From the NCBI GenBank assembly GCA_002269645.1, contig NIVC01000413.1, forward strand, positions 560,836-624,835: DNA of 64,000 nucleotides, written 5' to 3'. Below are positions 38,829 to 55,267 of the stretch, in pieces; the stretch's first letter is position 1, and each line of letters starts with the position of its first letter. A program made the position numbers and the translations under genes. The notes beneath the pieces were generated by a model. That model had not been told where the DNA came from. It saw only the letters and a program-made list of their open reading frames with translations, and searched no databases. The DNA is from Macrostomum lignano. Lineage: Eukaryota.

Positions 38829-40752
38829 TGCACACAGCCACCTAATGAGTTTCCAGTCCGCAGAGTACTGAATAGAGAGGAAAGCGAGGACCGAGACGTG
38901 CTCAGCTCTTCAAACTGCAGGCAACCGCACCGAGGCGACCCCAGTGCCGAATTACACACGAAGTAAAATCCCTACTTCGTAAAAAAGGTTTCACCCAGTA
39001 GAATCTGAAGAGCATCAAAGTGTAGATAGAAGGAAGAGATGAAATGAGGATCTGTGAGGCAGGGGCTCGGGTTCTCATTAAGACCTGGGGATCTCGCAGG
39101 AAACTGCTGGACTGTGCAGGCGGGAAATCTTCCCTCTGAGAGTTTTGAATCGGCTCAGGACTGCAACGGGACGCTGCTTATTTGCCCTGAGTATGTTTTT
39201 CTGCTCAAAGCTTTGAGTGGTTGAAAAAAAAAATAGAATTCCGAATTAACTAGCTAGCTCATTGGGTACAGTGGCGGCTCAATACTTGGTAGGGCATCAG
39301 TGGCCCCAACAACGGAAGCAGAAGTTTCACCATAGACAATTTGGTGGAGCAAAATTCGATTTCCTGAGAGAATTAAAAATACACTACATGTAACGAAGCG
39401 ACAAATACGAGCGAATACACACTTAAACCACGTTAACGTGCCTTTCCAGCTGGTTATTGCGATAGATTTTTGCGGGATTTAAAAAGTTTTGCAATTAGAA
39501 ATCCGCTCCTTCGTTTATCTTTTGTGATGAGTTGAGCGAATTCACTAAATAACTAAATAGTCCTCTGCTTCTTTATCTGCTCCAGCAAGAAATTCTTCTC
39601 CATTAGCAAGAGTGGCATTTCTTTATGCAATCGTGGCGATCCTACATAGTGACAATATGAGCCGCCAAGCCAACTTCTGGGTTCTCTCAAAATCGATATC
39701 ACTTATGAACATAAACTATAATCGGATACGGCTTGTAACTTGAATGACTTGTAACTTTTAGACTCAAAATTGACAGGTTGTTTCTTGAATCGCAATTACT
39801 TGTATCTTTTAGCTTGTCACTACTAATCAACTTGTAACTTGTAGCGTTGTTACTTGTAAGATATATCAGACACACCTCTGGCAAAAAATCCCCGGGTAAA
39901 GGCCATAGACTATAGCTTCTGCATTAGCAGCATTAGCTAGTGTCTGTGGCCCTAGCCTCTGAGACGGCCGCTAAATACGAGTACATCAGCGAATGCTGGA
40001 GTGGCACATTTAGGTAAATATAAAAGCTGCATGTGATCTATACTATCTACAAGCTCCGTGTAGCGGCGTCCTTCTTTTTCGGCGTCTAACCGCATTTGTC
40101 CGTGGATAACTCACTGAAGACTAAGTGGGGTGGCAACGGAGAACCTCTCGTGGACTTCTTACTCCAAAGGCCAACAAAACTGACAAAATCAAGATCTAAG
40201 GAGCTTTAAGTGTATGTCAAGCAAAACAAAAGAAGCAGACACTCTTGGTATTTTAGTAGAAGCATTTCTGAGCAAGAATCCGTAAGAAGAATTGAATGAA
40301 ACTTCCCTCGGAGTCAGAAATGTTCTGCAGCTCCGGGTATAGGCAGGGGGCGGCGGAGTTGAACATCTGGCCTTCTTCATGCGAAACGAACAGGTGTTTT
40401 TGTCCCCGGGAGTTTAGTTGACTGCAGGATGAGGGAGGCGAGGCAGTGGACTTCTGTCAGTCTATACTGCAAATTCCCATACCTGTTTGAACGGATGAAA
40501 GCTTTTGCGCGGCTATGCCATTTTCCCAATTTCTGGGGACAGAAATTGCCAGACACGCTCGTTGAACAGCATCTTGCATGATGGAGTAGTTTGAAAGGAA
40601 AAATAAAGAGCGGATGCTGGTTCTGGAAATTATTAAGATGCGGCTTTTCCTACGGAGTTATTTGTACGAACTTGAGGCTATGACCTAATAGGCCCCATAA
40701 ACACTCGCAAAGTCAGTTTAAGCGCTCTTAAATCAATATATAATCAGCATGT

Positions 40753-43700
40753 AAGACTCAGGAGACTCAGGAGGGACACTGAGGACTCGGGAGGGACACT
40801 GAGGACTCGGGAGGGATACTGAGGACTCGGGAGGGATACTGAGGACTCGGGAGGGACACTGAGGACTCGGGAGGGATACTGAGGACTCGGGAGGGACACT
40901 GAGGACTCGGGAGGGATACTGAGGACTCGGGAGGGACACTGAGGACTCGGGAGGGATACTGAGGACTCGGGAGGGACACTGAGGACTCGGGAGGGATACT
41001 GAGGACTCGGGAGGGACACTGAGGACTCGGGAGGGACACTGAGGACTCGGGAGGGATACTGAGGACTCGGGAGGGACACTGAGGACTCAGGAGGGACACT
41101 GAAGACTCGGGGAAGACACTGAGGACTCGGGAGGGACACCGAGGACTCGGGAGGGACACTGAAGACTCGGGAAGAACACTAAGGACTCGGGGAGGGACAC
41201 TGAAGACTCGGGGAAGACACTGAGGACTCAGGCAAGACACTGAGGACTCGGGAGGGACACTGAGTACTCGGCAGGGACACTGAGGACTCGGGAGGGACAC
41301 TGAGGACTCGGAGGGACACTGAGGACTCGGGAGGGACACTGAGGACTCGGGAGGGACACTGAGGACTCAGGAGGGACACTGAAGACTCGAGGAAGACACT
41401 GAGGACTCAGGGAAGACACTGAGGACTCGGGAGGGACACTGAGGACTCAGGCAAGACCCTGAGGACCCGGGGAAGACACTGAGGACTCGGGAAGACACTG
41501 AGGACTCGGGAGGGACACTGAAGACTCAGGCAAGACACTGAGGACCCGGGAGGGACACTGAGGACCCGGGGAAGACACTGAGGACTCGGGAGGGACACTG
41601 AGGACTCGGGAGAGACACTGAAGACTCAGGCAAGACACTGAGGACCCAGGGAAGACACTGAGGACTCGGGAGGGACACCGAGGACTCGGGAGGGACACTG
41701 AAGACTCGGAAAGAACACTAAGGACTCGGGGAGGGACACTGAAGACTCGGGGAAGACACTGAGGACTCAGGGAAGACACTGAGGACTCGGGAGGGACACT
41801 GAGGACTCAGGCAAGACCCTGAGGACCCGGGAAGACACTGAGGACTCGGGAAGACACTGAGGACTCGGGAGGGACACTGAAGACTCAGGCAAGACACTGA
41901 GGACCCGGGAGGGACACTGAGGACCCGGGGAAGACACTGAGGACTCGGGAGGGACACTGAGGACTCGGGAGAGACACTGAAGACTCAGGCAAGACACTGA
42001 GGACCCAGGGAAGACACTGAGGACTCGGGAGGGACACCGAGGACTCGGGAGGGACACTGAAGACTCGGAAAGAACACTAAGGACTCGGGGAGGGACACTG
42101 AAGACTCGGGGAAGACACTGAGGACTCAGGGAAGACACTGAGGACTCGGGAGGGACACTGAGGACTCAGGCAAGACCCTGAGGACCCAAGAAGACACTGA
42201 GGACTCGGGAAGACACTGAGGACTCGGGAGGGACACTGAAGACTCAGGCAAGACACTGAGGACCCGGGAGGGACACTGAGGACCCGGGGAAGACACTGAG
42301 GACTCGGGAGGGACACTGAGGACTCGGGAGAGACACTGAAGACTCAGGCAAGACACTGAGGACCCAGGGAAGACACTGAGGACTCGGGAGGGACACTGAT
42401 GACTCGGGAGGGACACTGATGACTCGGGAGGGACACTGAAGACTCAGGCAAGACACTGAGAGTCGGGAAGACACTGAGGACTCGGGGAAGACACTGAGGA
42501 CTCGGGGAAGACACTGAGGACTCGGGGAAGACACTGAGGACTCGGGGAAGACACTGAGGACTCGGGAGGGACACTGAAGACTCGGAAAGAACACTAAGGA
42601 CTCGGGGAGGGACACTGAAGACTCGGGGAAGACACTGAGGACTCAGGCAAGACACTGAGGACTCGGGAGGGACACTGAGGACTCGGGAGGGACACTGAGG
42701 ACTCGGGAGGGACACTGAGGACTCGGGAGGGACACTGAGGACTCGGGAGGGACACTGAGGGCTCAGGAGGGACACTGAGGACTCGGGAGGGACACTGAGG
42801 ACTCGGGAGGGACACTGAGGACTCGGGAGGGATACTGAGGACTCGGGAGGGATACTGAGGACTCGGGAGGGATACTGAGGACTCGGGAGGGATACTGAGG
42901 ACTCGGTAGGGATACTGAGGACTCGGGAGGGACACTGAGGACTCGGGCAAGACACTGAGGACTCGGGAGGGACACTGAGGAATCGGAGGGATACTGAGGA
43001 CTCGGGAGGGATACTGAGGACTCGGGAGGGACACTGAGGACTCGGGCAAGACACTGAGGACTCGGGAGGGACACTGAGGACTCGGCAGGGATACTGAGGA
43101 CTCGGGAGGGATACTGAGGACTCGGGAGGGATACTGAGTACTCGGGAGGGATACTGAGGACTCGGGAGGGACACTGAGGACTCGGGCAAGACAGTGAGGA
43201 CTCGGGAGGGACACTGAGGACTCGGGAGGGACACTGAAAACTCGGGGAAGACACTGAGGACTCAGGGAAGACACTGAGGACTCGGGAGGGACACTGAGGA
43301 CTCGGCAAGACACTGAGGACTCGGGAGGGACACTGAGGACTCGGCAGGGATACTGAGGACTCGGGAGGGATACTGAGGACTCGGGAGGGATACTGAGGAC
43401 TCGGGAGGGATACTGAGGACTCGGGAGGGACACTGAGGACTCGGGAGGGACCTGAGGACTCGGGAGGGATACTGAGTACTCGGAGGGATACTGAGGACTC
43501 GGGAGGGACACTGAGGACTCGGGAAGACAGTGAGGACTCGGGAGGGACACTGAGGACTCGGGAGGGACACTGAAAACTCGGGGAAGACACTGAGGACTCA
43601 GGGAAGACACTGAGGACTCGGGAGGGACACTGAAGACTCAGGCAAGACACTGAGGACCGGGAGGGACACTGAGGACCGGGGAAGACACTGAGGACTCGGG

Positions 43701-46232
43701 AGGGACACTGAAGACTCAGGCAAGACACTGAGAGTCGGGAAGACACTGAGGACTCGGGAAGACACTGAGGACTCGGGAGGGACACTGAAGACTCAGGCAA
43801 GACACTGAGAGTCGGGAAGACACTGAGGACTCGGGGAAGACACTGAGGACTCGGGAGGGACACTGAAGACTCGGCAAGACACTGAGAGTCGGGAAGACAC
43901 TGAGGACTCGGGAAGACACTGAGGACCCAGGGAAGACACTGAGGACTCGGAGGGACACTGAGGACTCGGGAGGGACACTGAGGACTCGGGAGGGACACTG
44001 AAGACTCGGCAAGACACTGAGACTCGGAGACACTGAGGACTCGGGAGACACTGAGGACTCGGGAAGACACTGAGGACTCGGGAGACACTGAGGACTCGGG
44101 AGACACTGAGGACTCGGGAGGACACTGAGGACTCGGGAGGGACACTGAGGACTCGGGAGGGATACTGAGGACTCGGGAGGGACACTGAGACTCAGGCAAG
44201 ACAGTGAGGATCGGGAGACACTGAGGACTCAGGCAAGACGGGGAAGACACTGAGGACTCGGGAAGACACTGAGGACTCGGGAGGGACACTGAAGACTCAG
44301 GCAAGACACTGAGGACCCGGGAGGACACTGAGGACCGGGAAGACACTGAGGACTCGGGAGGGACACTGAAGACTCAGGCAAGACACTGAGAGTCGGGAAG
44401 ACACTGAGGACTCGGGGAAGACACTGAGGACTCGGGAGGGACACTGAAGACTCAGGCAAGACACTGAGAGTCGGGAAGACACTGAGGACTCGGGGAAGAC
44501 ACTGAGGACTCGGGAGGGACACTGAAGACTCAGGCAAGACACTGAGAGTCGGGAAGACACTGAGGACTCGGGGAAGACACTGAGGACTCGGGGAAGACAC
44601 TGAGGACTCGGGGAAGACACTGAGGACTCGGGGAAGACACTGAGGACTCGGGAGGGACACTGAAGACTCGGAAAGAACACTAAGGACTCGGGGAGGGACA
44701 CTGAAGACTCGGGGAAGACACTGAGGACTCAGGCAAGACACTGAGGACTCGGGAGGGACACTGAGGACTCGGGAGGGACACTGAGGACTCGGGAGGGACA
44801 CTGAGGACTCGGGAGGGACACTGAGGACTCGGGAGGGACACTGAGGCTCAGGAGGGACACTGAGGACTCGGGAGGGACACTGAGGACTCGGGAGGGACAC
44901 TGAGGACTCGGGAGGGATACTGAGGACTCGGGAGGGATACTGAGGACTCGGGAGGGATACTGAGGACTCGGGAGGGATACTGAGGACTCGGTAGGGATAC
45001 TGAGGACTCGGGAGGGACACTGAGGACTCGGGCAAGACACTGAGGACTCGGGAGGGACACTGAGGAATCGGGAGGGATACTGAGGACTCGGGAGGGATAC
45101 TGAGGACTCGGGAGGGACACTGAGGACTCGGGCAAGACACTGAGGACTCGGGAGGGACACTGAGGACTCGGCAGGGATACTGAGGACTCGGGAGGGATAC
45201 TGAGGACTCGGGAGGGATACTGAGGACTCGGGAGGGATACTGAGGACTCGGGAGGGACACTGAGGACTCGGGAGGGACCCTGAGGACTCGGGAGGGATAC
45301 TGAGGACTCGGGAGGGATACTGAGGACTCGGGAGGGACACTGAGGACTCGGGCAAGACAGTGAGGACTCGGGAGGGACACTGAGGACTCAGGCAAGACCC
45401 TGAGGACCCGGGGAAGACACTGAGGACTCGGGAAGACACTGAGGACTCGGGAGGGACACTGAAGACTCAGGCAAGACACTGAGGACCCGGGAGGGACACT
45501 GAGGACCCGGGGAAGACACTGAGGACTCGGGAGGGACACTGAAGACTCAGGCAAGACACTGAGAGTCGGGAAGACACTGAGGACTCGGGAAGACACTGAG
45601 GACTCGGGAGGGACACTGAAGACTCAGGCAAGACACTGAGAGTCGGGAAGACACTGAGGACTCGGGGAAGACACTGAGGACTCGGGAGGGACACTGAAGA
45701 CTCAGGCAAGACACTGAGAGTCGGGAAGACACTGAGGACTCGGGGAAGACACTGAGGACCCAGGGAAGACACTGAGGACTCGGGAGGGACACTGATGACT
45801 CGGGAGGGACACTGATGACTCGGGAGGGACACTGAAGACTCAGGCAAGACACTGAGAGTCGGGAAGACACTGAGGACTCGGGGAAGACACTGAGGACTCG
45901 GGGAAGACACTGAGGACTCGGGGAAGACACTGAGGACCCAGGGAAGACACTGAGGACTCGGGAGGGACACTGATGACTCGGGAGGGACACTGATGACTCG
46001 GGAGGGACACTGAAGACTCAGGCAAGACACTGAGAGTCGGGAAGACACTGAGGACTCGGGGAAGACACTGAGGACTCGGGAGGGACACTGATGACTCGGG
46101 AGGGACACTGAGAGTCGGGAAGACACTGAGGACTCGGGGAAGACACTGAGGACTCGGAGGGACACTGAAGACTCAGGCAAGACACTGAGAGTCGGGAAGA
46201 CACTGAGGACTCGGGGAAGACACTGAGGACTT
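40753..46232. repeat. 5.5-kb 20-bp minisatellite GAGGGACACTGAGGACTCGG, about 270 copies, with higher-order repeats
   Basis: Direct inspection; 359-bp and roughly 2.09-kb recurrences of variant blocks. Confidence 0.97.
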
Positions 46233-47512
46233 GAGAAAGGACGCTGAAGACAAGGATATGCCACTAAAGCTGTGTATAAGTGGCATTCATTATTCAACAG
46301 CAGATCGGCTCCATCCAATTGTCGCAATTTCGTTATTTTTTAGCCAACATTTTAGCATCATAGAATATCATTAATTCGCAGTGAAATTACGTGCGTACCA
46401 TGCTGTTCTATCACATCTCCATAGCAACTAAAAAGCTGATTGATTATTAATCTCATGACCCTGGCCAGTGCAGCCAGCCGTGATGGTCTCTTAGCTATGC
46501 TCTCCGCATCGTCTCAGTTTTCAGGAAGCAAAATTCGTTTCCTGGAAGCATCAGCAACCTCTGGAGAGCTCTGGAGACAGACATACAGAGAGAGAGAGAG
46601 AGAGAGAGAGGGAGGGAGAGAGAGAGGGAGAAACAGGATACCGGATAAAATGAAGCTGACATTAGATATGAAGCATCAACGAGTAGGAGCTGGTTGGTAA
46701 AGAAAATAACTGCTCTGCGCATATAATGGAGACTGCGGGTTTTGCAGGATTTTAGGTATTTCTCACGTAGCAGACGGCGGGGAGGTCAAGGGAGAGGTTG
46801 CTCACAGCTTCAAATTTTCCCGATCGCCCCGAGGGTTTGAAGGCCCCGGATCCGTGCTCTTCCCTATTATTCCCCCAAGCTGCTAATATGTTGGTCCTGC
46901 TCATCTGCAGCGCAGCTTCCCGAGTGACGAAACCGTATTTGTAAGCTTATTTTTCTCCTGCATCTCATTCGCAAAACAACGTTGCTGGCCTTGGGGTGAA
47001 GGGGGATCCCCAGGCAGAGGTTGGCTGCTCTGATCCCGAAGAAACGATGCGGCATGATCTGGACGCATCCCCATAGGGACTTCCATCCCCACTTCTCCTA
47101 CCCCCATACCGAAATGTTTCTCAACTTTCGCTTGGCAGCCAGGAGAGATCCCATAAGACGTCCGAAGTGCATTTTCTTCCTAATGCCCGGCCATCCCACC
47201 CCTTAGATCCCAGTTCTCTTCTAGCGAATAATGATATGTCAGTAGCCACTGCTGGGGCTCCTGCGAGTGAAAGCATAAACAAATTCTGGTATCTCACTGG
47301 CTCCCTCGTATGCTCCCTGCGCTGCGGTCGATGCCGTGGTGCGGCCAGCCAATTTTCTCCTCTTGGTGATTAAGTTTCCTATAGGAGATTATTAACACGC
47401 TGGCGGCGCTGCGGGTTCCCAAGGGGGATTTCGCTGGCTTTAATTATAGCCCGACTTTGAGTGCCGACCATTTGCAGTCGCTACAGTGCGGTGCGACTTT
47501 GACAGCTGTGTA

Positions 47513-49186
<1,674 letters not shown>

Positions 49187-49719
49187 TCAAACGCATCCCC
49201 CAGTGTCTGGTCCCTCAGTAGTATATTAATCGATCTCGCAAGCAGCTGCCCAGCGGTCGCAGAGGATTAGTGTAGATGGTTTGCTGTATAAGAAGCTGCC
49301 GGCCTTTCTCAGATTGCTAGGCTGAGAGAAGAGCGAGCGGTGGGGTTGGGCGATCATGAAAAAGCTTCTTGGATGCGCCGACGATTAAGTGGCCGCCTTC
49401 TAATCAAGCGAGCGGTTTGGGGGAAAGAGGAAAAATACTTTGGTTCTGGGCAATTTAGTCCTAAAAAAAGAAAAACTCGCGCAAAAATTCTGATGATTTT
49501 AATAGGAAGGGCAGATTGGGATTATCGTAAATTTTAGAAAGGAATCGGAATCGAAGAAAAAAAATGGAACTATGGAAAAATGAATTACTCTCGCAATACT
49601 CTAGGGTGAGATGAGTGTGAGGTTTTGGATCATATAGAAAACTAATGGAAGTGAAGTAAAAAGAAAGTAAGAGAGTGGAAGTGAAATTAAGGCCAATAGC
49701 AAGGGGGAGATTGAGGGGG

Positions 49720-52310
49720 GAGAGAGTAGATAAGACAGTGAGAGACAGCAGGGGCGGAGATGAAGGGAGAGAGTAGGTGAGACAGTGAGAGGCAGCAGGG
49801 GGAGATGAAGGGAGAGAGTAGGTGAGATATGAGAGGCAGCAGGGGGGAGATGAAGGGAGAGAGTAGGTGAGACAGTAAGAGACAGCAGGGGGAGATGAAG
49901 TGAGACAGTAGGTGAGACAGTGAGAGACAGCATGGGATAGATGAAGGGAGAGAGTAGGTGAGACAGTGAGAGGCAGCAGGGGGAGATGAAGTGAGACAGT
50001 GAGAGACAGTAGGGAGAGATGAAGGGAGAGAGTAGGTGAGACAGTGAGAGACAGCAGGGGGAGATGAAAGGAGAGAGTAGGTGAGACAGTGAGAGACAGC
50101 AGGGGACAGATGAAGGGAGAGAGTAGGTGAGACAGTGAGAGACAGCAGGGGGAGATGAAAGGAGAGAGTAGGTGAGACAGTGAGAGACAGCAGGGGACAG
50201 ATGAAGGGAGAGAGTAGGTGAGACAGTGGGAGACAGCAGGGGATAGATGAAGTGAGAACAGTAGGTGAGACAGTGAGAGACAGCAGGGGGAGATGAAGTG
50301 TGACCGTAGGTGAGACAGTGAGAGGCAGCAGGGGACATATGAAGTGAGACAGTAGGTGAGACAGTGAGAGGCAGCAGGGGACAGATGAAGTGAGACAGTA
50401 GGTGAGACAGCAGGGGGAGATGAAAGGAGAGAGTAGGTGAGACAGTGAGAGACAGCAGGGGGAGATGAAAGGAGAGAGTAGGTGAGACAGTGAGAGACAG
50501 CAGGGGACAGATGAAGGGAGAGAGTAGGTGAGACAGTGAGAGACAGCAGGGGGAGATGAAAGGAGAGAGTAGGTGAGACAGTGAGAGACAGCAGGGGGAG
50601 ATGAAAGGAGAGAGTAGGTGAGACAGTGAGAGACAGCAGGGGGAGATGAAGTGAGACAGTAGGTGAGACAGTGAGAGGCAGCAGGGGACATATGAAGTGA
50701 GACAGTAGGTGAGACAGTGAGAGGCAGCAGGGGACATATGAAGTGAGACAGTAGTTGAGACAGTGAGAGGCAGCAGGGGATAGATGAAGGGAGAGAGTAG
50801 GTGAGACAGTGAGAGACAGCAGGGGATAGATGAAGTGAGAACAGTAGGTGAGACAGTGAGAGACAGCAGGGGGAGATGAAGTGAGACAGTAGGTGAGACA
50901 GTGAGAGACAGCAGGGGGAGATGAAGTGAGACAGTAGGTGAGACAGTGAGAGACAGCAGGGGGAGATAAAGGAGACAGTAGGTGAGACAGTGAGAGACAG
51001 CAGGGGGAGATGAAGGGAGACAGTAGGTGAGACAGTGAGAGACAGCAGGGGGAGATGAAGGGAGACAGTAGGTGAGACAGTGAGAGACAGCAGGGGGAGA
51101 TGAAGTGAGACAGTAGGTGAGACAGTGAGAGACAGCAGGGGACATATGAAGTGAGACAGTAGGTGAGACAGTGAGAGACAGCAGGGGGAGATGAAGGGAG
51201 ACAGTAGGTGAGACAGTGAGAGACAGCAGGGGATAGATGAAGGGAGAGAGTAGGTGAGACAGTGAGAGACAGCAGGGGATAGATGAAGGGAGAGAGTAGG
51301 TGAGACAGTGAGAGACAGCAGGGGATAGATGAAGTGAGAACAGTAGGTGAGACAGTGAGAGACAGCAGGGGGATGAAGACAGTGAGAGACAGCAGGGGAT
51401 AGATGAAGGGAGAGAGTAGGTGAGACAGTGAGAGACAGCAGGGGATAGATGAAGGGAGAGAGTAGGTGAGACAGTGAGAGACAGCAGGGGATAGATGAAG
51501 TGAGAACAGTAGGTGAGACAGTGAGAGACAGCAGGGGGAGATGAAGTGAGACAGTAGGTGAGACAGTGAGAGGCAGCAGGGGACATATGAAGTGAGACAG
51601 TAGGTGAGACAGTGAGAGGCAGCAGGGGACAGATGAAGTGAGACAGTAGGTGAGACAGCAGGGGAGATGAAAGGAGAGAGTAGGTGAGACAGTGAGAGAC
51701 AGCAGGGGGAGATGAAAGGAGAGAGTAGGTGAGACAGTGAGAGGCAGCAGGGGACATATGAAGTGAGACAGTAGGTGAGACAGTGAGAGACAGCAGGGAC
51801 AGATGAAGGGAGAGAGTAGGTGAGACAGTGAGAGACAGCAGGGGGAGATGAAAGGAGAGAGTAGGTGAGACAGTGAGAGGCAGCAGGGGACATATGAAGG
51901 AGACAGTAGGTGAGACAGTGAGAGACAGCAGGGGATAGATGAAGGAGAGAGTAGGTGAGACAGTGAGAGACAGCAGGGGATAGATGAAGTGAGAACAGTA
52001 GGTGAGACAGTGAGAGACAGCAGGGGGAGATGAAGTGAGACAGTAGGTGAGACAGTGAGAGACAGCAGGGGGAGATGAAGTGAGACAGTAGGTGAGACAG
52101 TGAGAGACAGCAGGGGGAGATAAAGGAGACAGTAGGTGAGACAGTGAGACAGCAGGGGGAGATGAAGTGAGACAGTAGGTGAGACAGTGAGAGACAGCAG
52201 GGGGAGATGAAGTGAGACAGTAGGTGAGACAGTGAGAGACAGCAGGGGGAGATAAAGGAGACAGTAGGTGAGACAGTGAGACAGCAGGGGGAGATGAAGG
52301 GAGAGAGCAG
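49720..52310. repeat. 45-bp minisatellite GTGAGACAGTGAGAGACAGCAGGGGGAGATGAAGTGAGACAGTAG, about 58 copies
   Basis: Unit starts 50893 and 50938; 15-aa periodic ORFs. Confidence 0.95.
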
Positions 52311-52837
52311 GATGAGGTCAAAGTCAGGCTGGCTGTACACTACAGAATCGGTAAAGAGAGGCACACAAGCAAATGCATGCATAATTTCAGCTGCCTCTGG
52401 GGGAGGCGGGAAGCAAATGGAACTCAGCTGAGAGCCAGGCACCCAGATGCTAATCGGAACAAAAAATCGATTCAACCCTGCTCCGTTTCCCCTTCCCGAA
52501 GTCCCAAATGAAGCACTATTTAGATCCCCAAAATCTCCAGGTTTTTGGGGTTTGAAAATGGGGGTGTGGGTGGGATTAGGCCTTGCACTTAGCGGGCGTC
52601 AGATCTGCATAATCCGTTTGACTTAGGAGCGGCCTTGGTCTCAATTTTGTGTCTAGATTCCTTCCCCAGTCCGATCCCCTAAGAATAGATGCTCCTTTCG
52701 CAAAGCTGCATCCTATCCAGCTGTATAAAGACGTTATACAGCTCGGAATCAAGAGTCGGCGGCTTTATTTTTTTCCGAAAATCAAATGCAAGTCAAGTGT
52801 CAAGCCGCATCTATTTTAGTATTTTTAGTATGGTGGA

Positions 52838-52867
52838 CTAGCAATCTGAGCCCCCTGTTGGGGAGGC
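52838..52867 (-). mobile_element. Second Helitron-like 3' terminus
   Basis: Same GGACTAGCAATCTGAGCCCCC on + with a GC hairpin; minus strand ends CTAG|T. Confidence 0.45.
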
Positions 52868-52929
52868 AACAAAAAGGAATAGACATTTTTGAATAAATTG
52901 CATGTAGAATTTGATTTTGTACAGCCACT

Positions 52930-53115
52930 ATTTATTTATCGTTAGGCATGTACACTTCACTGTGCCTTGGCGGTTGGCCCTAAAGGGCGTTAATTGCATG
53001 AGCAGAGCCAAGCTGAGATTCCAATTTAACCCCAAATTAATGTAACTGCACTTGGAATCGAGCCTGGGCTGTTGGCACATCAGAGCGCCGCGCTTGACCA
53101 CTGGGCTACGGCCCC
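52930..53115 (-). mobile_element. tRNA-derived SINE, same family
   Basis: Reverse complement GGGGCCGTAGCCCAGTGGTCAAGCGCGGCG...GGCTCGATTCCAAGTGCAG...CCTAACGATAAATAAATA; intact A and B boxes and a (TAAA)n tail. Confidence 0.85.
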
Positions 53116-53555
53116 TTGCCGAGATGCCGAGGGTTAATTGAGAGTTTTTGGTAGCCCAAGCATAGTATAGAGTTAGGGTTAAGCAAATAGATTAATGGGA
53201 AGCTTTGATGCCAAGGCTCAGAGTCGTAGTATGAACTAATTTTTATGCAGTGGCGGATTTTAAATGGGTAATTATGAGCTTTCAGTATCAAAATGCTATG
53301 AGGCCTTGATTTTTTGTTATAATCATTGCCACTGATTTTTAACCTCTGGGTCTGCGCCAATAAGTACTCATTGCAAAAAAAACATTTTAAATAACTATCA
53401 TGGAGTACTTAATTGAGTTGAATTTCACCACCAAACGATTAGACTGAGTCTAGATGCTTGAAAAATGTTTGGCCAATGAGTTAACTTGCTCGAGTTAGCC
53501 ATACTTGTAGTTATCTATATATAAAACTTTCCCAAAGCTAGTTGAGAGAGGTCTG

Positions 53556-53596
<41 letters not shown>

Positions 53597-53849
53597 ACTG
53601 ATGTTTTTTTCAATCAGGGGATTAGCAAACAAATTGCTACGTTTAGCTATAATTGTGCTTGCATTAATAATAGAGTCGACTTAATTGTTAAAACAAATTT
53701 GGATAAAATATTATCATTAAACACATCAGCTGTTAATCTTGCTATAGATTGAAATACACTTTTGCTTGAGTATACAATCGTATGTGTATAATATATTATA
53801 GTATTAACATATTTTATACTTTATATTGCTTTATTAATAGTATATAGGA

Positions 53850-53878
53850 CTAGCAATCTGAGCCCCCTTGAGGGGGGC
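53850..53878 (-). mobile_element. Helitron-like 3' terminus
   Basis: Minus strand: GC hairpin GCCCCCC-TCAA-GGGGGC, 8 nt spacer, CTAG, then T. Confidence 0.45.
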
Positions 53879-55267
53879 AATAAGAAATAAGATGTCTAAA
53901 GCGAAAATGCGTCAGCCCTGAAAACCAGCTATCTACGATATCTAACCTAGCCTAAGATACCAGCATCCCCTATGAGCTCTGGCACCAAAGCTCAGCTGTA
54001 ATCTATGGCTTAAACCTACCTCTCCCTTTGATGCTTGGCCTAGCAAAAACTCCCTTGGCATCTCAGCAACCCGCCTCCCCCAATGAACCAGAAACCAGAA
54101 CATTTCAGCAATCCCCTCTCATTAGCCTTGACACCTCAGCGCGCAATTCCCCCAAGAGCCACAGCATATCAGCAGTTCCCCAATAAATCTTTACATCTCA
54201 GGAACTTTGCCCTATTTATAAGTATTTATACCTTAATAAATTTGTATGCATTTATACATACATATGTATATACAGTACATGCACCCTGAATGATAAAAAG
54301 TTAGACCTCAAGCTACTGGCTATTTTGGATAAATCGCGTATTCTTAATGACCAGTATTGCTTGTCAACAATTTTAAATAATTCCAGATAAGCAAAGCGAC
54401 AACCAAAATTTTTCACACGCCTTACTCGTATCCTTTCTGCTAATGAAAATTTTCCATTTAGCCAGAGAAATGCACGCAAACAACTCCATTAGGTCGTATA
54501 TTGCCTGCCAGACATAATAAAATGGTACCGACAGTGAGCTCAAATATTTGATATTTATTACACTGGGTTTACGTCTACAAGAATGGCTTTCTTTATTGGC
54601 TCACGTGTGCATGAAACTGAGATTATGCGAGCTAGCTAATGCACTGTAATTAGACACCATTAATAAAAAAGAGAATACCAAGAAATTATCAATTATAAGG
54701 CTTTTCTGTGCCACAAAAACTCTTAAAGCTCCGGTTTGTTAATTTATAATGCCTCTGCTTTTTAATAATGGATGCAATCAAAGACATAGGAATGGGAACT
54801 TCTGTAATTACATGTAATTGCCAAAAAAAACAGAAACTGCAAGCGTAGAAAAAGAGGTTTGCGCGTTGTGTTGTGTGTTGCTTTGGGCGAAAAATATGCA
54901 ATACAAAGACTTTACATAGATATCCAAATACAGACATTCGTTTTATTAAGTATATTACGTACATGTGCCGAATCGCTAATGGTTTAGTATACATGTACAT
55001 CTTTTACAAAACAGAAAAGTATATTCGGGATGTTCTTGCAGAAACAATCGATTAACTCCTAGAGGTCTAAATTACAAACACGCATTAGCAGAGGGAAATT
55101 TTTAATAGAAAAGTGATAAAACAATCCTTTTAGACTTTCTCTAAATGGATTTACGGTCATGGCTGGTTTTATTGGATAATCCATAAACTGTATAGATGAG
55201 TAGTGATTTTTAGTTACGAACTATATCCGATGCCATAGAGCCATAGACTATATCGCAATCGGCAACT

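Noticed and set aside
40733-46327. Dozens of overlapping S/P-rich ORFs
   Set aside because: The 20-bp unit lacks stops on the minus strand; multi-frame overlap indicates a repeat artefact.
49461-52475. 1004-, 906- and 334-aa ORFs
   Set aside because: Translations of the 45-bp array in several frames; no domain content.
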